From contig NZ_OZ241836.1 in assembly GCF_965202595.1 (NCBI RefSeq), positions 1,104,357 to 1,168,356 of the forward strand: 64,000 bases of DNA. Direction: 5' to 3'. The translations under genes and the position numbers were made by a program. Under the pieces are notes generated by a model that saw nothing but the letters and a program-made list of their open reading frames with translations, was not told where the DNA came from and did not search any database. This DNA is from Candidatus Poriferisocius sp. GTDB lineage: Bacteria > Actinomycetota > Acidimicrobiia > Acidimicrobiales > Bin134. Every line of letters begins with the position of its first letter. The first letter of the stretch is position 1. Positions 35,948 through 45,450 of this stretch are shown here, piece by piece.

Positions 35948-36057
35948 GGTCACTCCTTTTTCTTTTTCTTTCTGGCAACCGCTTGTGGGCAACCGCACGG
36001 ATGCTACGAATACTAACGAAATGCAACCCTCGGGCTGCTAACCGGCCACGGGGCAAA

Positions 36058-37095
36058 TCAGTTCTTTCCCTGGCCCCCGGACACGTCCTGGACGCTCCGC
36101 CGGCCCTCTGAGATCCACGGCATCATGGCTCGGAGCCTCGCACCCACCGCCTCGATGGGATGCTGCTGGCCCTCGGCCTCCATCCTCAGGAAGTTGGGGC
36201 GCCCGCCGCGGCTCTCCGCCATCCACTCCTCGGCGAAGGAACCGCTTTGGATCTCGTCCAGAATCTTCCTCATCTCGGCTCGGGTGTTCTGGTTGATGAT
36301 GCGGTCACCCCGGCTCAGGTCACCGTACTCGGCGGTGTCGGAGATGGAGTAGCGCATTCCCCCGATCCCCTCCTCGTACATGAGATCCACGATCAGCTTC
36401 AGCTCGTGCAGGCACTCGAAATAGGCCACCTCGGGCTGGTAACCGGCTTCGCACAGGGTCTCGAAGGCCGCGGCGACCAGCGAGGTGAGCCCGCCGCACA
36501 GCACCACCTGCTCACCGAACAGGTCGGTCTCGCACTCCTCGGCGAAGGTGGTCTCGATCACCCCGGCCCGGGCCCCACCAATGGCATCGGCATAGGCCAG
36601 GGCCAGTTCCCGGGCGTGGCCGCTGGCATTCTGCTCCACGGCGATGAGGCAGGGCACGCCGCCGCCCTCCACGTAGGTGCGCCGCACCAGGTGGCCGGGG
36701 CCCTTGGGGGCCACCATGGCCACATCCACGCCGCTGGGAGCCGAGATCAGGTTGAATCGCACGTTGAAGCCGTGGGCGAAGAACAGGGCATCGCCCGGCC
36801 CCAGGTGGGGCTCTATGTGGGCCTGGTAGATGTCGGCCTGCTCGGTATCGGGCAGAAGCATCATGATGATGCCGGCCTCGGCCGCCGCCTCGGCCATCGG
36901 CAGTACCCGCAACCCGGCTTCGCCGGCCTTGGCGGCCGAAGCCGATCCCTCCCGCAGGCCGACCCGGACGTCAATGCCCGAGTCCTTCAGGTTCAGGGCA
37001 TGGGCGTGGCCCTGCGACCCGTATCCCAAAATCGCCACCTTGCGGTCGGCGATGCGGGAGCGGTCGGCGTCCTTTTCGTAGAGCACGGTTGCCAT
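36058..37095 (-). CDS. ilvC: ketol-acid reductoisomerase
   Basis: [19 protein letters not shown], with IlvC-like sequence along the full length. Confidence 0.95.
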   Translation of the reverse strand: MATVLYEKDADRSRIADRKVAILGYGSQGHAHALNLKDSGIDVRVGLREGSASAAKAGEAGLRVLPMAEAAAEAGIIMMLLPDTEQADIYQAHIEPHLGPGDALFFAHGFNVRFNLISAPSGVDVAMVAPKGPGHLVRRTYVEGGGVPCLIAVEQNASGHARELALAYADAIGGARAGVIETTFAEECETDLFGEQVVLCGGLTSLVAAAFETLCEAGYQPEVAYFECLHELKLIVDLMYEEGIGGMRYSISDTAEYGDLSRGDRIINQNTRAEMRKILDEIQSGSFAEEWMAESRGGRPNFLRMEAEGQQHPIEAVGARLRAMMPWISEGRRSVQDVSGGQGKN

Positions 37096-37132
37096 TGGTT
37101 GTCCTCGCAGTTGTCGGTGTTCGGAAGTGGGC

Positions 37133-37192
37133 CCCGGTCAGGGGTAAGGAGATCGGGGGATGAGCCCGGTCAGGGGGTAAGGGGGTCGGGGG
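37133..37192 (-). repeat. 32-bp x2 duplication of the ilvN 3' terminus (both copies keep TGA)
   Basis: CCCGGTCAGGGGTAAGGAGATCGGGGG versus CCCGGTCAGGGGGTAAGGGGGTCGGGGG. Confidence 0.85.
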
Positions 37193-37697
37193 CGGTCTTT
37201 ACCAGTTTGGGCAGCGCCACCTTGCCGGTTCGCTGCACATCCACAATCCCATAGGGTTGCAGAAGATTCTCGAAGTCATCCACCCGGCTGGGCGATCCGG
37301 TGAGCGACACCATGATCTCGTCGTAACCCACGTTGAGCACGGTGGCCTGGAACACCCTAACCAGGTCCAGGATCTGCCCCCGTATGGAGGGGTCGGCCCT
37401 GACGGTGACCATTGTCAGCTCCCGCTCCACGCTGACCGCAGGGTTCAGCTCCCGGATTTCCACCACGTTGATGAGCTTGTCCAGTTGCTTCACCACCTGC
37501 TCCATGGGGGCGGAGTCCACCCCCACCACTATGGTGAGCCGGCTGAACCGCTCGTCGTTGGTGGGAGCCACGGCCAGCGACTCGATGTTGAATCCCCGGC
37601 GGGCGAAAAGTCCAGCCACCCGGGCCAGCACCCCCGCCTTGTTCTCCACGTGGACCACCAGAGTGGTGGTCCCGCCACCGGTCCCGCCACCGCTCAT
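37170..37697 (-). CDS. ilvN: acetolactate synthase small (regulatory) subunit
   Basis: ACT-domain sequence LVVHVENKAGVLARVAGLFARRGFNIESLAV. The ATG at 37697 overlaps the ilvB stop. Confidence 0.9.
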   Translation of the reverse strand: MSGGGTGGGTTTLVVHVENKAGVLARVAGLFARRGFNIESLAVAPTNDERFSRLTIVVGVDSAPMEQVVKQLDKLINVVEIRELNPAVSVERELTMVTVRADPSIRGQILDLVRVFQATVLNVGYDEIMVSLTGSPSRVDDFENLLQPYGIVDVQRTGKVALPKLVKTAPDPLTP

Positions 37698-39433
37698 CGG
37701 GGACGATCCCTTTGGGAGGGATCCACCACCACGTCGCTGTTGGACATGCCGGCCGGGACCATCGGGTAGACGTTCTCGCCGGCCTCGCAGCGGAACTCGA
37801 CCACCACCGGGCGGTCGTCTATCTCGTTGGCCCGGTCGATGGCCGGGGCGACCTCCTCGGGTGATTCCACCCGCAGCCCCACGCACCCCAGGGCCTCGGC
37901 CCACAGCTTGTAGTCGGGCACGTTGCGGGTCAGGTACACCTCGGAGTACCGCTCCCGGTAGAACATCTCCTGCCATTGGCGGACCATTCCCAGGTAGGCG
38001 TTGTTGATGAGGGCGACCTTGATGGGGAACCCCTCGGTGGTCGCGGTGACCAGCTCCTGGGCGGTCATCTGGAAGCATCCGTCGCCGTCCACCGCCCACA
38101 CCATGCGATCGGGGCGGCCCGCCTTGGCCCCTATGGCCGCGGGGATGGCGAACCCCATCGTGCCCAGCCCGCCCGAGTTCACCCAGGTGTAGGGGTGGTT
38201 GAACTTCCAGTACTGGCTGGTCCACATCTGGTGCTGGCCCACTCCCGAGGCCACGATGGTGTCGTCGGGGGTGGCATCGCGCAACTGTTCCAGCACGAAC
38301 TGGGGCTTGAGCAGCTCATCGGGTCCGGACTGCTCGTAGGTAAGCGGGAACCTTTCCTGCCATCCGCTGATGCGGGACCGCCACTGGGTCCGGTCGGGCT
38401 GGCTGCTGCTCCCGCCCAACTCCCCCAAAGCCTTGACCATCTCCTCGATGACCAGCTTGCAATCGCCCTGGATGGCCACGTCGGGGCGGCGCACCTTGCC
38501 CAGCTCCGCGCTGTCGATGTCCACGTGGATGATCTTGGCCAGGGGGGCGAACCCTGCCACCTTGCCGGTGACCCGGTCGTCGAAGCGGGCCCCCAGCGCT
38601 ACGAGCAGGTCGGCCTCCTGCATGGCGGTGACGGCGGTGTAGTTGCCGTGCATACCGGGCATGCCCAGACACAGCGGGTGGTCGTCGGGGAAGCCCCCCC
38701 GGTTCATCAGCGTGGTGACCACCGGGATGCCGGTGAGCTCGGCCAGCTCCAGCAGGGCCTCGGCCGCCCGAGCCTTCAAGATGCCGCCCCCACTGTAGAT
38801 CACGGGACGCTCGGCCTCGCAGATGAGCTTGGCCGCTTGGGCGATCAGCTCGGGGTCGCCGGTGCGGTTGGGACGGTAGCCGGGCAGGTCGTGGCCGTCG
38901 GGGGTGTACCACACCATCGCGGAGCGGGGATTGTTGGGGTCGATGATGTCCTTGGGGATGTCCACCAGAACCGGTCCGGGCCGGCCGGTGGTGGCGATGT
39001 GGAAGGCATCATGGATCACCTGGGGAATGTCGGCCGCCTCGGTCACCAGGTAGTTGTGCTTGGTCACCGACATGGTGATCCCGGTGGTGTCGCATTCCTG
39101 GAAGGCATCGGTGCCGATGGCGGCGTAGGGAACCTGGCCGGTGACAACCACCATGGGGACGGAGTCCATGTAGGCATCGCACAGCGGGGTGACGATATTG
39201 GTGGCCGCCGGTCCCGAGGTGACCATGGCCACGCCGGGGTGCCCGGTGGCGTGGGCGTAGCCCTCGGCCATGTGGCCCGCGCCCTGCTCGTGGCGCACCA
39301 GCACATGGCGGATGGAGGAGTCGATCAGCGGGTCGTAGGCCGGAAGTATGGCCCCACCGGGCAGCCCGAACAAGAGGTCAACCCCCTCGTTCTCGAGGGC
39401 CTTCATCAGCGCTTGGCCACCGTTCATTTTCAT
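37694..39433 (-). CDS. ilvB: acetolactate synthase large subunit (ThDP-dependent)
   Basis: ThDP-binding GGLGTMGFAIPAAIGA...DGDGCFQM, with AHAS-like sequence along the full length. Confidence 0.95.
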   Translation of the reverse strand: MKMNGGQALMKALENEGVDLLFGLPGGAILPAYDPLIDSSIRHVLVRHEQGAGHMAEGYAHATGHPGVAMVTSGPAATNIVTPLCDAYMDSVPMVVVTGQVPYAAIGTDAFQECDTTGITMSVTKHNYLVTEAADIPQVIHDAFHIATTGRPGPVLVDIPKDIIDPNNPRSAMVWYTPDGHDLPGYRPNRTGDPELIAQAAKLICEAERPVIYSGGGILKARAAEALLELAELTGIPVVTTLMNRGGFPDDHPLCLGMPGMHGNYTAVTAMQEADLLVALGARFDDRVTGKVAGFAPLAKIIHVDIDSAELGKVRRPDVAIQGDCKLVIEEMVKALGELGGSSSQPDRTQWRSRISGWQERFPLTYEQSGPDELLKPQFVLEQLRDATPDDTIVASGVGQHQMWTSQYWKFNHPYTWVNSGGLGTMGFAIPAAIGAKAGRPDRMVWAVDGDGCFQMTAQELVTATTEGFPIKVALINNAYLGMVRQWQEMFYRERYSEVYLTRNVPDYKLWAEALGCVGLRVESPEEVAPAIDRANEIDDRPVVVEFRCEAGENVYPMVPAGMSNSDVVVDPSQRDRPR

Positions 39434-39666
39434 GTTATCGCACCAGTATGAACGTTGAGCACCGCCGGTGACAAAACGAATTGGGGTCTATCCCGGTTCG
39501 TTCAACCCACCCACCATCGGGCATCTGGCCATAGCCCGGGCCGCGCCGGCCCAGCAGGGTCTGGATCGGGTGGATCTGGCCGTGTCCCGGGTGGCGCTGG
39601 GCAAAGAACTCGTCGCCCGCCCCGCGGCCTGAACCACCCGATCCAGACCCGATTTTCACGACCGGA

Positions 39667-41343
39667 TCAAGCTTCGGTGACGGCACCTTTTTCGGCACCC
39701 TGGGCCAGGCGGGCGTACTTGGCCAGCACTCCCCGGGTATAGCGGGGTTCGGGGGGCTTCCAGCCGGCCCGGCGCTCGGCCAGCTCGGCCTCGCCGACCA
39801 TCATCTGGATCGAATGGCTGGGCACGTCGATGCAAATGGTGTCGCCCTCGGCTACCAGCGCGATGGGTCCGCCCTCGGTGGCCTCGGGGGCGACGTGGCC
39901 CACGCAGAACCCGTGAGTACCTCCGGAGAACCGCCCATCGGTCACCAGCGCGGTGTCCCCGCCGCGACCGGCCCCCTTCATTGCCCCGGTGATGGCCAGC
40001 ATCTCCCTCATGCCGGGTCCGCCCCGGGGCCCCTCGTAGCGGATCACCACGACGTCACCGGCTTCTATCCGCCCCCCGAGCACCGCGTCCATGGCCGCAT
40101 CCTCGCCGTCGAACACCCGGGCCCGACCCTCGAAGCGGTCGAAGTCGATTCCGGCCACTTTCACCACCGCCCCGTTGGGGGCCAGCGACCCGGTGAGCAC
40201 CGCGATCCCGCCGATGTCGTGAAGCGGATCGCCGAAGCGGTGAATCACCTCCCCGTCGGGGCCGGGGGGGTCGATCAGAGCCAGGTTCTCGGCCATGGTT
40301 CTACCGGTCACGGTTATCTCGTCGCCGTGCAGCAGACCCTCGTCCAGCAGCATCCGCAACACGACCGGCACGCCGCCGATGCGGTCGATGTCGGCCATGT
40401 GGTACTGGCCGTGAGGTTTGGTGTCGGCCAGGTGGGGTACCCGGGCCGCTACCCGGTTGAAGTCGTCCAGCTCCAACTCCACCCCGGCCTCCCAGGCGAT
40501 GGCCAGAAGGTGCAGCACCGCGTTGGTGGACCCGCCCAGGGCCATGGTCACCGAGATGGCGTTCTCGAACGCCGCCCTGGTCATTATCGTGCGGGGTCGG
40601 ATTCCCTGGCGCAGCAGCCCGATCACCGCGGTGCCCGCAGCGTAGCTGTAGTCGTCACGGCGGCGATCCACCGCGGCGGCCGAGGCGCTTCCCGGTAGGG
40701 ACATGCCCAGGGCTTCGCCGATCGAGGCCATGGTGTTGGCGGTGAACATGCCGGCGCACGACCCCTCGGTGGGGCAGGCGTTGCGCTCGATGGCGTCGAG
40801 TTCCTCGCTGTCGATGTCACCCACCGCGTGAGCGCCCACGGCCTCGAACACGCTCACGATGTCGAGCACCCGACCGTTGTGGTGGCCAGGGAGTATGGAG
40901 CCGCCGTAGACGAACACCGAGGGGAGGTTGATGCGGGCCGCGGCCATCAGCATGCCGGGCAGCGACTTGTCGCAACCCGCGAAGCTGACGAAGGCGTCCA
41001 ACCGCTCGGCGTGCATCATCGCCTCCACCGAGTCGGCGATTATCTCCCGGCTCACCAGCGAGGCCCGCATGCCCTCGTGGCCCATGGAGATGCCGTCGGA
41101 CACCGCAATGGTGTTGAACTCGAGGGGGAACCCACCGGCGTCCCGCACCCCCTGCTTGGCCCGTTTGGCCAGCCGATCCAGGGGCAGGTTGCAGGGGGTC
41201 ACCTCGTTCCACGACGACGCCACTCCCACCTGGGGCTTGTTCCAGTCGTCGTCGGTCATGCCCACGGCCCGAAGCATGGCCCGGGCCGGGGCCCGCCCGG
41301 ACCCGTCGGTGACTTCGTGAGACCGGGGCTTCATTTCGCTCAT
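39667..41343 (-). CDS. ilvD: dihydroxy-acid dehydratase
   Basis: [14 protein letters not shown]..., [13 protein letters not shown] 558-aa protein starting from the ATG at 41343. Confidence 0.95.
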   Translation of the reverse strand: MSEMKPRSHEVTDGSGRAPARAMLRAVGMTDDDWNKPQVGVASSWNEVTPCNLPLDRLAKRAKQGVRDAGGFPLEFNTIAVSDGISMGHEGMRASLVSREIIADSVEAMMHAERLDAFVSFAGCDKSLPGMLMAAARINLPSVFVYGGSILPGHHNGRVLDIVSVFEAVGAHAVGDIDSEELDAIERNACPTEGSCAGMFTANTMASIGEALGMSLPGSASAAAVDRRRDDYSYAAGTAVIGLLRQGIRPRTIMTRAAFENAISVTMALGGSTNAVLHLLAIAWEAGVELELDDFNRVAARVPHLADTKPHGQYHMADIDRIGGVPVVLRMLLDEGLLHGDEITVTGRTMAENLALIDPPGPDGEVIHRFGDPLHDIGGIAVLTGSLAPNGAVVKVAGIDFDRFEGRARVFDGEDAAMDAVLGGRIEAGDVVVIRYEGPRGGPGMREMLAITGAMKGAGRGGDTALVTDGRFSGGTHGFCVGHVAPEATEGGPIALVAEGDTICIDVPSHSIQMMVGEAELAERRAGWKPPEPRYTRGVLAKYARLAQGAEKGAVTEA

Positions 41344-41415
41344 GACGGCCAACCCCATCTGTCGCCAGCGGGTTGCTGCTCAGCTTCGTGAGACCGGGGC
41401 TTCATTTCGCTCATG
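41313..41415 (-). repeat. 71-bp duplication of the ilvD start region, creating a 24-aa ATGA-coupled uORF (41340..41414)
   Basis: CTTCGTGAGACCGGGGCTTCATTTCGCTCATG occurs at 41313 and 41384. The u[27 protein letters not shown] ends in a TGA that overlaps the ilvD ATG. Confidence 0.9.
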
Positions 41416-41440
41416 GCTACAGGCTAGTTACTGGAGTGGC

Positions 41441-42919
41441 TCAGCTTGGAGGGCAACGGCGGCGGGTGTTCAGAAGTTGGGTTACGGTTTTGCCGTCGGC
41501 TCGGCCTCGGGTGGCTTTCATCACTTGGCCGACGAAGAAGCCGGTGAGCTTGGTGTCACCGTCACGGAAACGGGACCACTCGTCGGGATGGTTGGCGATG
41601 AGGCCGTCCACCAGGGTCTCCAGCTCATCGTCCCCCATGGCTTCGAAACCCAGCGACCGGGCCACCTCCTCGGGTGATCCTCCCTGTTCAACCAGTACGG
41701 AAAGAACCTTCTTGGCCTGGGTTGCGGTCAGCTCCCCGGCATCCTCCATGGCCACCAGCCCGGCCAGAGCCTCGGAGGTCAGATTGCCCGAACCACCGGC
41801 CAGGTTGTGGACGATGTGGGTTATCACCCGTTCGGGTGTTGCTCCCCCGCCGATGGCACCCAGGGCCATGCCGTCCATGGATCGCTCGACGGTCAGCGCT
41901 ATGTGACCGGCATCGGCCGCAGGGACCGCCCGGGCCAGCTCGATCCGGCGGTCGCGGGGCAGGGGGGGCAACTCCCGGCGAATTCGCTCCACCCACCGGG
42001 GGTCGGGGTCGAGAGGCAGCAGGTCGGGTTCGGGGAAGTAGCGGTAGTCGTAGTCCTCCTCCTTGGAGCGCAAAGCGTGGGTGCGCCCGTCGTCCTCGTT
42101 CCAGTGCCGGGTCTGCTGTACTACTGGCCGGCCACTGGTCAGCAGATCGATCTGGCGGCGGGCCTCGTAGTCCACGGCCAGACCCAGTGAGCGCAGGGAG
42201 TTCACGTTCTTGATCTCGCACCGGGTGCCCATCCGGTTGCTGCCCGCCGGCCTGACCGACACGTTGCAGTCAACCCGCAGCGAGCCCTCCTCCATCTTGC
42301 CGTCCGATGCCCCCACCGCCACCAGAATCGAGCGCAGCTCGGCCACGTACTGGCGGGCCTCCTCGGCCGAGCGCAGATCGGGGTGTCCCACGATCTCGAT
42401 GAGCGGCACCCCGGCCCGGTTGTAATCCACCAGGGAGTAGCCGGCCTCATGGATGCGCCCGCCACCCCCGACATGGGTGGTCTTGCCGGTGTCCTCCTCC
42501 AGGTGGGCCCGTTCGATGCCTATGCGCCGCCCCGAGGGCAGCTCCAGCCAGCCATCGACGTTGATCGGTTGGTCGTACTGGCTGATCTGGAAGTCCTTGG
42601 GCATGTCGGGATAGAAGTAGTTCTTCCGGGCGAACACGGATGGTTGGATCCGGCAGTTGAGGGCCAAGCCCACCCGGATGGCCAACTCCACCGCCTTCTC
42701 GTTGAGCACGGGCAGCGAACCGGGCAGCCCCAGCGACACCGGGTCTATGTAGGTGTTGGGGTCACCGCCGAACCGGTTGGGGCTGGCGCTGAACAGCTTG
42801 GTCTCAGTGGCCAGCTCGGCGTGGACCTCCAAACCGATGACCGTCTCCCACGTCACCGGTTCGTTTTGAGTGTTGTTGCTCGTCATCGCCGGTTCGTTTT
42901 GAGTGTTGTTGCTCGTCAT
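41441..42919 (-). CDS. gatB: Asp/Glu-tRNA(Asn/Gln) amidotransferase subunit B
   Basis: [20 protein letters not shown].... The ATG at 42919 overlaps the gatA TGA. The alternative ATG at 42886 lies one repeat unit downstream. Confidence 0.9.
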   Translation of the reverse strand: MTSNNTQNEPAMTSNNTQNEPVTWETVIGLEVHAELATETKLFSASPNRFGGDPNTYIDPVSLGLPGSLPVLNEKAVELAIRVGLALNCRIQPSVFARKNYFYPDMPKDFQISQYDQPINVDGWLELPSGRRIGIERAHLEEDTGKTTHVGGGGRIHEAGYSLVDYNRAGVPLIEIVGHPDLRSAEEARQYVAELRSILVAVGASDGKMEEGSLRVDCNVSVRPAGSNRMGTRCEIKNVNSLRSLGLAVDYEARRQIDLLTSGRPVVQQTRHWNEDDGRTHALRSKEEDYDYRYFPEPDLLPLDPDPRWVERIRRELPPLPRDRRIELARAVPAADAGHIALTVERSMDGMALGAIGGGATPERVITHIVHNLAGGSGNLTSEALAGLVAMEDAGELTATQAKKVLSVLVEQGGSPEEVARSLGFEAMGDDELETLVDGLIANHPDEWSRFRDGDTKLTGFFVGQVMKATRGRADGKTVTQLLNTRRRCPPS

Positions 42920-42921
42920 CG
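42856..42921 (-). repeat. 33-bp x2 in-frame duplication of the gatB start ([10 protein letters not shown] twice)
   Basis: CCGGTTCGTTTTGAGTGTTGTTGCTCGTCATCG occurs at 42856 and 42889. Confidence 0.95.
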
Positions 42922-44376
42922 CCGGCTCGCTTCCAGCACGGCGGCGGCTCGGAACATGGTCGGCTCGCCCAGAGCGGGGGCCAGGATTTGTACCCCGATC
43001 GGCAATCCGTCGTCGCCGATCCCAAAGGGAACCGACATGGCGGCCTGACCGGTTAGATTCACCGGCACGGTACACACGTCACTCATGTACATGGCCATGG
43101 GGTCGGCGGTGCGCTCCCCCAGTGCGAAAGCGGTGGTGGGTGATGTGGGGCTCACCAGCAGGTCGAACCGTTCCCAGGCCGAGGCGAAATCGTTGATGAT
43201 GAGCGTGCGCACCCGCTGGGCCTTGCCGTAGTAGGCGTCGTAGTAGCCGGCCGACAGGGCGTAGGTGCCGATAATGATGCGACGCTTGACCTCGTCGCCG
43301 AACCCGGCCGATCGGGTGGCGATGTTCATGGCGGCGGTACTGGGGCCCTCCACTCGCAGGCCGTAGCGAACCCCGTCGTAGCGGGCCAGGTTGCTGGAAG
43401 CCTCAGCCGGGGCGATCAGGTAGTAGGCCGACAAGCCGTACACCGACGCGGGGACACTGGCCTCGCCCACCCGGGCCCCGGCCGATTGCAACGCCTCGAC
43501 CGCAACCCGCACTCGGGCGGCAACATCGGGGGCTATACCGTCTCCGTTCAGCTCGGTCAGAACCCCCACCCGGAGCCCCTCCACCCCGCCGTCCAGCGTG
43601 GCCGAAACCGGGGGTTGGGGCTCATCAATGCTGGTGGAGTCCCGGGGGTCGGGGCCGCTGATCGCATCCAGCACCGCAGCGGCATCGGCCACCGTGGTGG
43701 TGAGTGGGCCGATCTGGTCGAGGGACGAGGCGAAGGCCACCAAGCCGTAGCGTGACACCAGGCCATAAGTGGGTTTGACGCCGACCACGCCGCACAGCGC
43801 CGCCGGTTGGCGAATGGATCCGCCGGTGTCGCTGCCCAGAGCCACCGGGGAGAATCCGGCGGCCACCGCGGCCGCGCTGCCGCCCGACGACCCCCCCGGT
43901 ACCCGGTGAGGATTGCACGGATTACGGGTGGGACCAAAAGCCGAGTTCTCGGTGGAGCTGCCCATGGCGAACTCATCCATGTTGGTCTTGCCCAAAGCCA
44001 CCGCACCGGCTTGTTGCAGCCGCTCAACCACCGTGGCGTCGTAGGGGGGTTCCCAGCCCTCCAGGATGCGGGACGAGCAGGTGGTGGCCACTCCCCGAGT
44101 GCACAGGTTGTCCTTGAGGGCCACGGGTACTCCAGCCAGGGGGCCGGGATCCTTGCCCGCGGCCACCGCGGCATCGATCTCACCGGCCCGGGCCCGGGCC
44201 CGGGCCGCGGTCACCAGGTTGAAGGCCCCGATGTCGCCATCGCCCGCGGCAATGGCCTCCAGGTATTTGTCCACCACCGACCGGGCCGACCGCCGTCCCG
44301 ACCGGACCGCAGCGGCAATTTCTCGCGCGGTCGCGGGGCGCCCCGGTGAGGTCGGTGGGTCACCCAACCCGGTCAC
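42916..44376 (-). CDS. gatA: Asp/Glu-tRNA(Asn/Gln) amidotransferase subunit A
   Basis: Amidase signature [14 protein letters not shown]. Confidence 0.95.
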   Translation of the reverse strand: MTGLGDPPTSPGRPATAREIAAAVRSGRRSARSVVDKYLEAIAAGDGDIGAFNLVTAARARARAGEIDAAVAAGKDPGPLAGVPVALKDNLCTRGVATTCSSRILEGWEPPYDATVVERLQQAGAVALGKTNMDEFAMGSSTENSAFGPTRNPCNPHRVPGGSSGGSAAAVAAGFSPVALGSDTGGSIRQPAALCGVVGVKPTYGLVSRYGLVAFASSLDQIGPLTTTVADAAAVLDAISGPDPRDSTSIDEPQPPVSATLDGGVEGLRVGVLTELNGDGIAPDVAARVRVAVEALQSAGARVGEASVPASVYGLSAYYLIAPAEASSNLARYDGVRYGLRVEGPSTAAMNIATRSAGFGDEVKRRIIIGTYALSAGYYDAYYGKAQRVRTLIINDFASAWERFDLLVSPTSPTTAFALGERTADPMAMYMSDVCTVPVNLTGQAAMSVPFGIGDDGLPIGVQILAPALGEPTMFRAAAVLEASRR

Positions 44377-44678
44377 GGAGTCTCGCCCAGAACCGGGGGA
44401 ACTCGGAACTGGCCGCTTTCGACCAGTGGGGCCTGGGCCAGCACCTCGTCGTGATCCGACACCTCGCCCGGGGTGTCGGGACGAAGCCGGTTGGGGATGG
44501 GCAGCGGGTGCATGGTGGGGGCCAGCCCGTCGATGTCCAGGGTTTCCACCTCGGCCACATGGTCCAGCAATTCATCGAGCTGACCGGTGAAGCGGTCGAG
44601 TTCGTCCCCGGTCAGCTCCAGGCGGGCCAAAGCGGCTACTTGAGCACACTCTTTTTGGGTGATGCGTTGTTGCCCCAT
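44373..44678 (-). CDS. gatC: Asp/Glu-tRNA(Asn/Gln) amidotransferase subunit C
   Basis: A 101-aa protein ([28 protein letters not shown]) that overlaps the gatA start. Confidence 0.9.
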   Translation of the reverse strand: MGQQRITQKECAQVAALARLELTGDELDRFTGQLDELLDHVAEVETLDIDGLAPTMHPLPIPNRLRPDTPGEVSDHDEVLAQAPLVESGQFRVPPVLGETP

Positions 44679-44785
44679 ACCGAAACGACATCGTACCGCC
44701 CTGCCTGTCCGGGCCCCGCCCCGGAGAGGGGTTAGCCCAATTTGGCTTGGTCACCCGGTTGACCAACCAGCACCAAGCGCCGAAG

Positions 44786-44866
44786 CGGGGAGGGGGAAGC
44801 CGTGATGGGAAGGGGAAACCGGGAGGGGAAGGGGAAGCGGGGAGGGGAAGGGGAAACCGGGAGGGG
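44786..44866 (+). repeat. G-rich purine repeat (about 19-20 bp x3-4; many GGGG/GGGAGG runs)
   Basis: GGGAAGGGGAAACCGGGAGG / GGAAGGGGAAGCGGGGAGG / GGAAGGGGAAACCGGGAGG lie directly upstream of the SCP2-like gene. Confidence 0.85.
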
Positions 44867-44878
44867 TATGTTGCCGGT

Positions 44879-45304
44879 GTGGGGGTGTACCGGTTCCTCG
44901 GTCCGGAGTGGATCCAGGCTGCTCTGGTGTTGCGCGAGGAGCTGGCCCCGGCCGCTCCGGCCTCCGAGCGCAGGGCCAGGGTAAATCTGGTGGTTACCGG
45001 TACCCCTTTCGGCGGCGAGGTTCGGGCCTACATCGACACCGAGGCCGGCGGGCCACTGCCCCTGCCCGGCGAGCTGGAGAATCCCGATGCCACCGTTACC
45101 CTCGACTACCGGTCGGCTCTGGCCGCGTTCGTCACCGATGATCCCGAAGGGGTTGCCCGCGGCTTTCTCACCGGCACCCTCCGGGTGGATGGCGACCTGA
45201 CTCTCGTGCTCACCCTGTTCGGTGAGGGGATGAACGACGAGCAGGCCGCCTTCGCCCGCCGGGCCCAGGCGCGGTTGCGAGCGATCACGATCCTTACTGG
45301 ATGA
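44879..45304 (+). CDS. SCP2 sterol-carrier-like domain protein
   Basis: YRFLGPEWIQAAL...VNLVVTG...ATVTLDYRSALAAF...GTLRVDGDLTL is typical of SCP2 folds. GTG start is uncertain. Confidence 0.55.
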   Translation: MGVYRFLGPEWIQAALVLREELAPAAPASERRARVNLVVTGTPFGGEVRAYIDTEAGGPLPLPGELENPDATVTLDYRSALAAFVTDDPEGVARGFLTGTLRVDGDLTLVLTLFGEGMNDEQAAFARRAQARLRAITILTG

Positions 45305-45450
45305 GTGTGATGCAGGTTCCGAAGTGCATGTTTTACTGGATGAGTGTGATGCAGGTTCCGAAGTGCATGTTTTACTGGATGAGTGTGATGCAGGTTCCGA
45401 AGTGCATGTTTTACTCGGGTCGGGTGATGAGCTTGATGCAGGTTCCGAAG
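45294..45450. repeat. 39-bp x3 copies plus the diverged original, spanning the convergent SCP2 and kinase stop codons
   Basis: TTACTGGATGAGTGTGATGCAGGTTCCGAAGTGCATGTT occurs at 45294, 45333 and 45372. The real kinase end TTACTCGGGTCGGGTGATGAGCTTGATGCAGGTTCCGAAGTCC is at 45411. Confidence 0.95.

Noticed and set aside
35948-36057. Calling a SAM-IV (or other SAM) riboswitch upstream of metY.
   Set aside because: GCAACCC-like strings resembling the SAM-IV core occur only on the wrong (plus) strand. The minus-strand leader does not match any consensus I can recall. It is reported only as an unassigned leader.
39434-39666. A 230-nt gap between ilvD and ilvB, considered as a possible Ile/Val/Leu leader-peptide attenuator, and the 87-aa track ORF 39435..39698.
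   Set aside because: I found no short ORF rich in Ile, Val or Leu and no terminator/antiterminator pair by eye. The 87-aa ORF is low-complexity and overlaps the ilvD end. Left unannotated.
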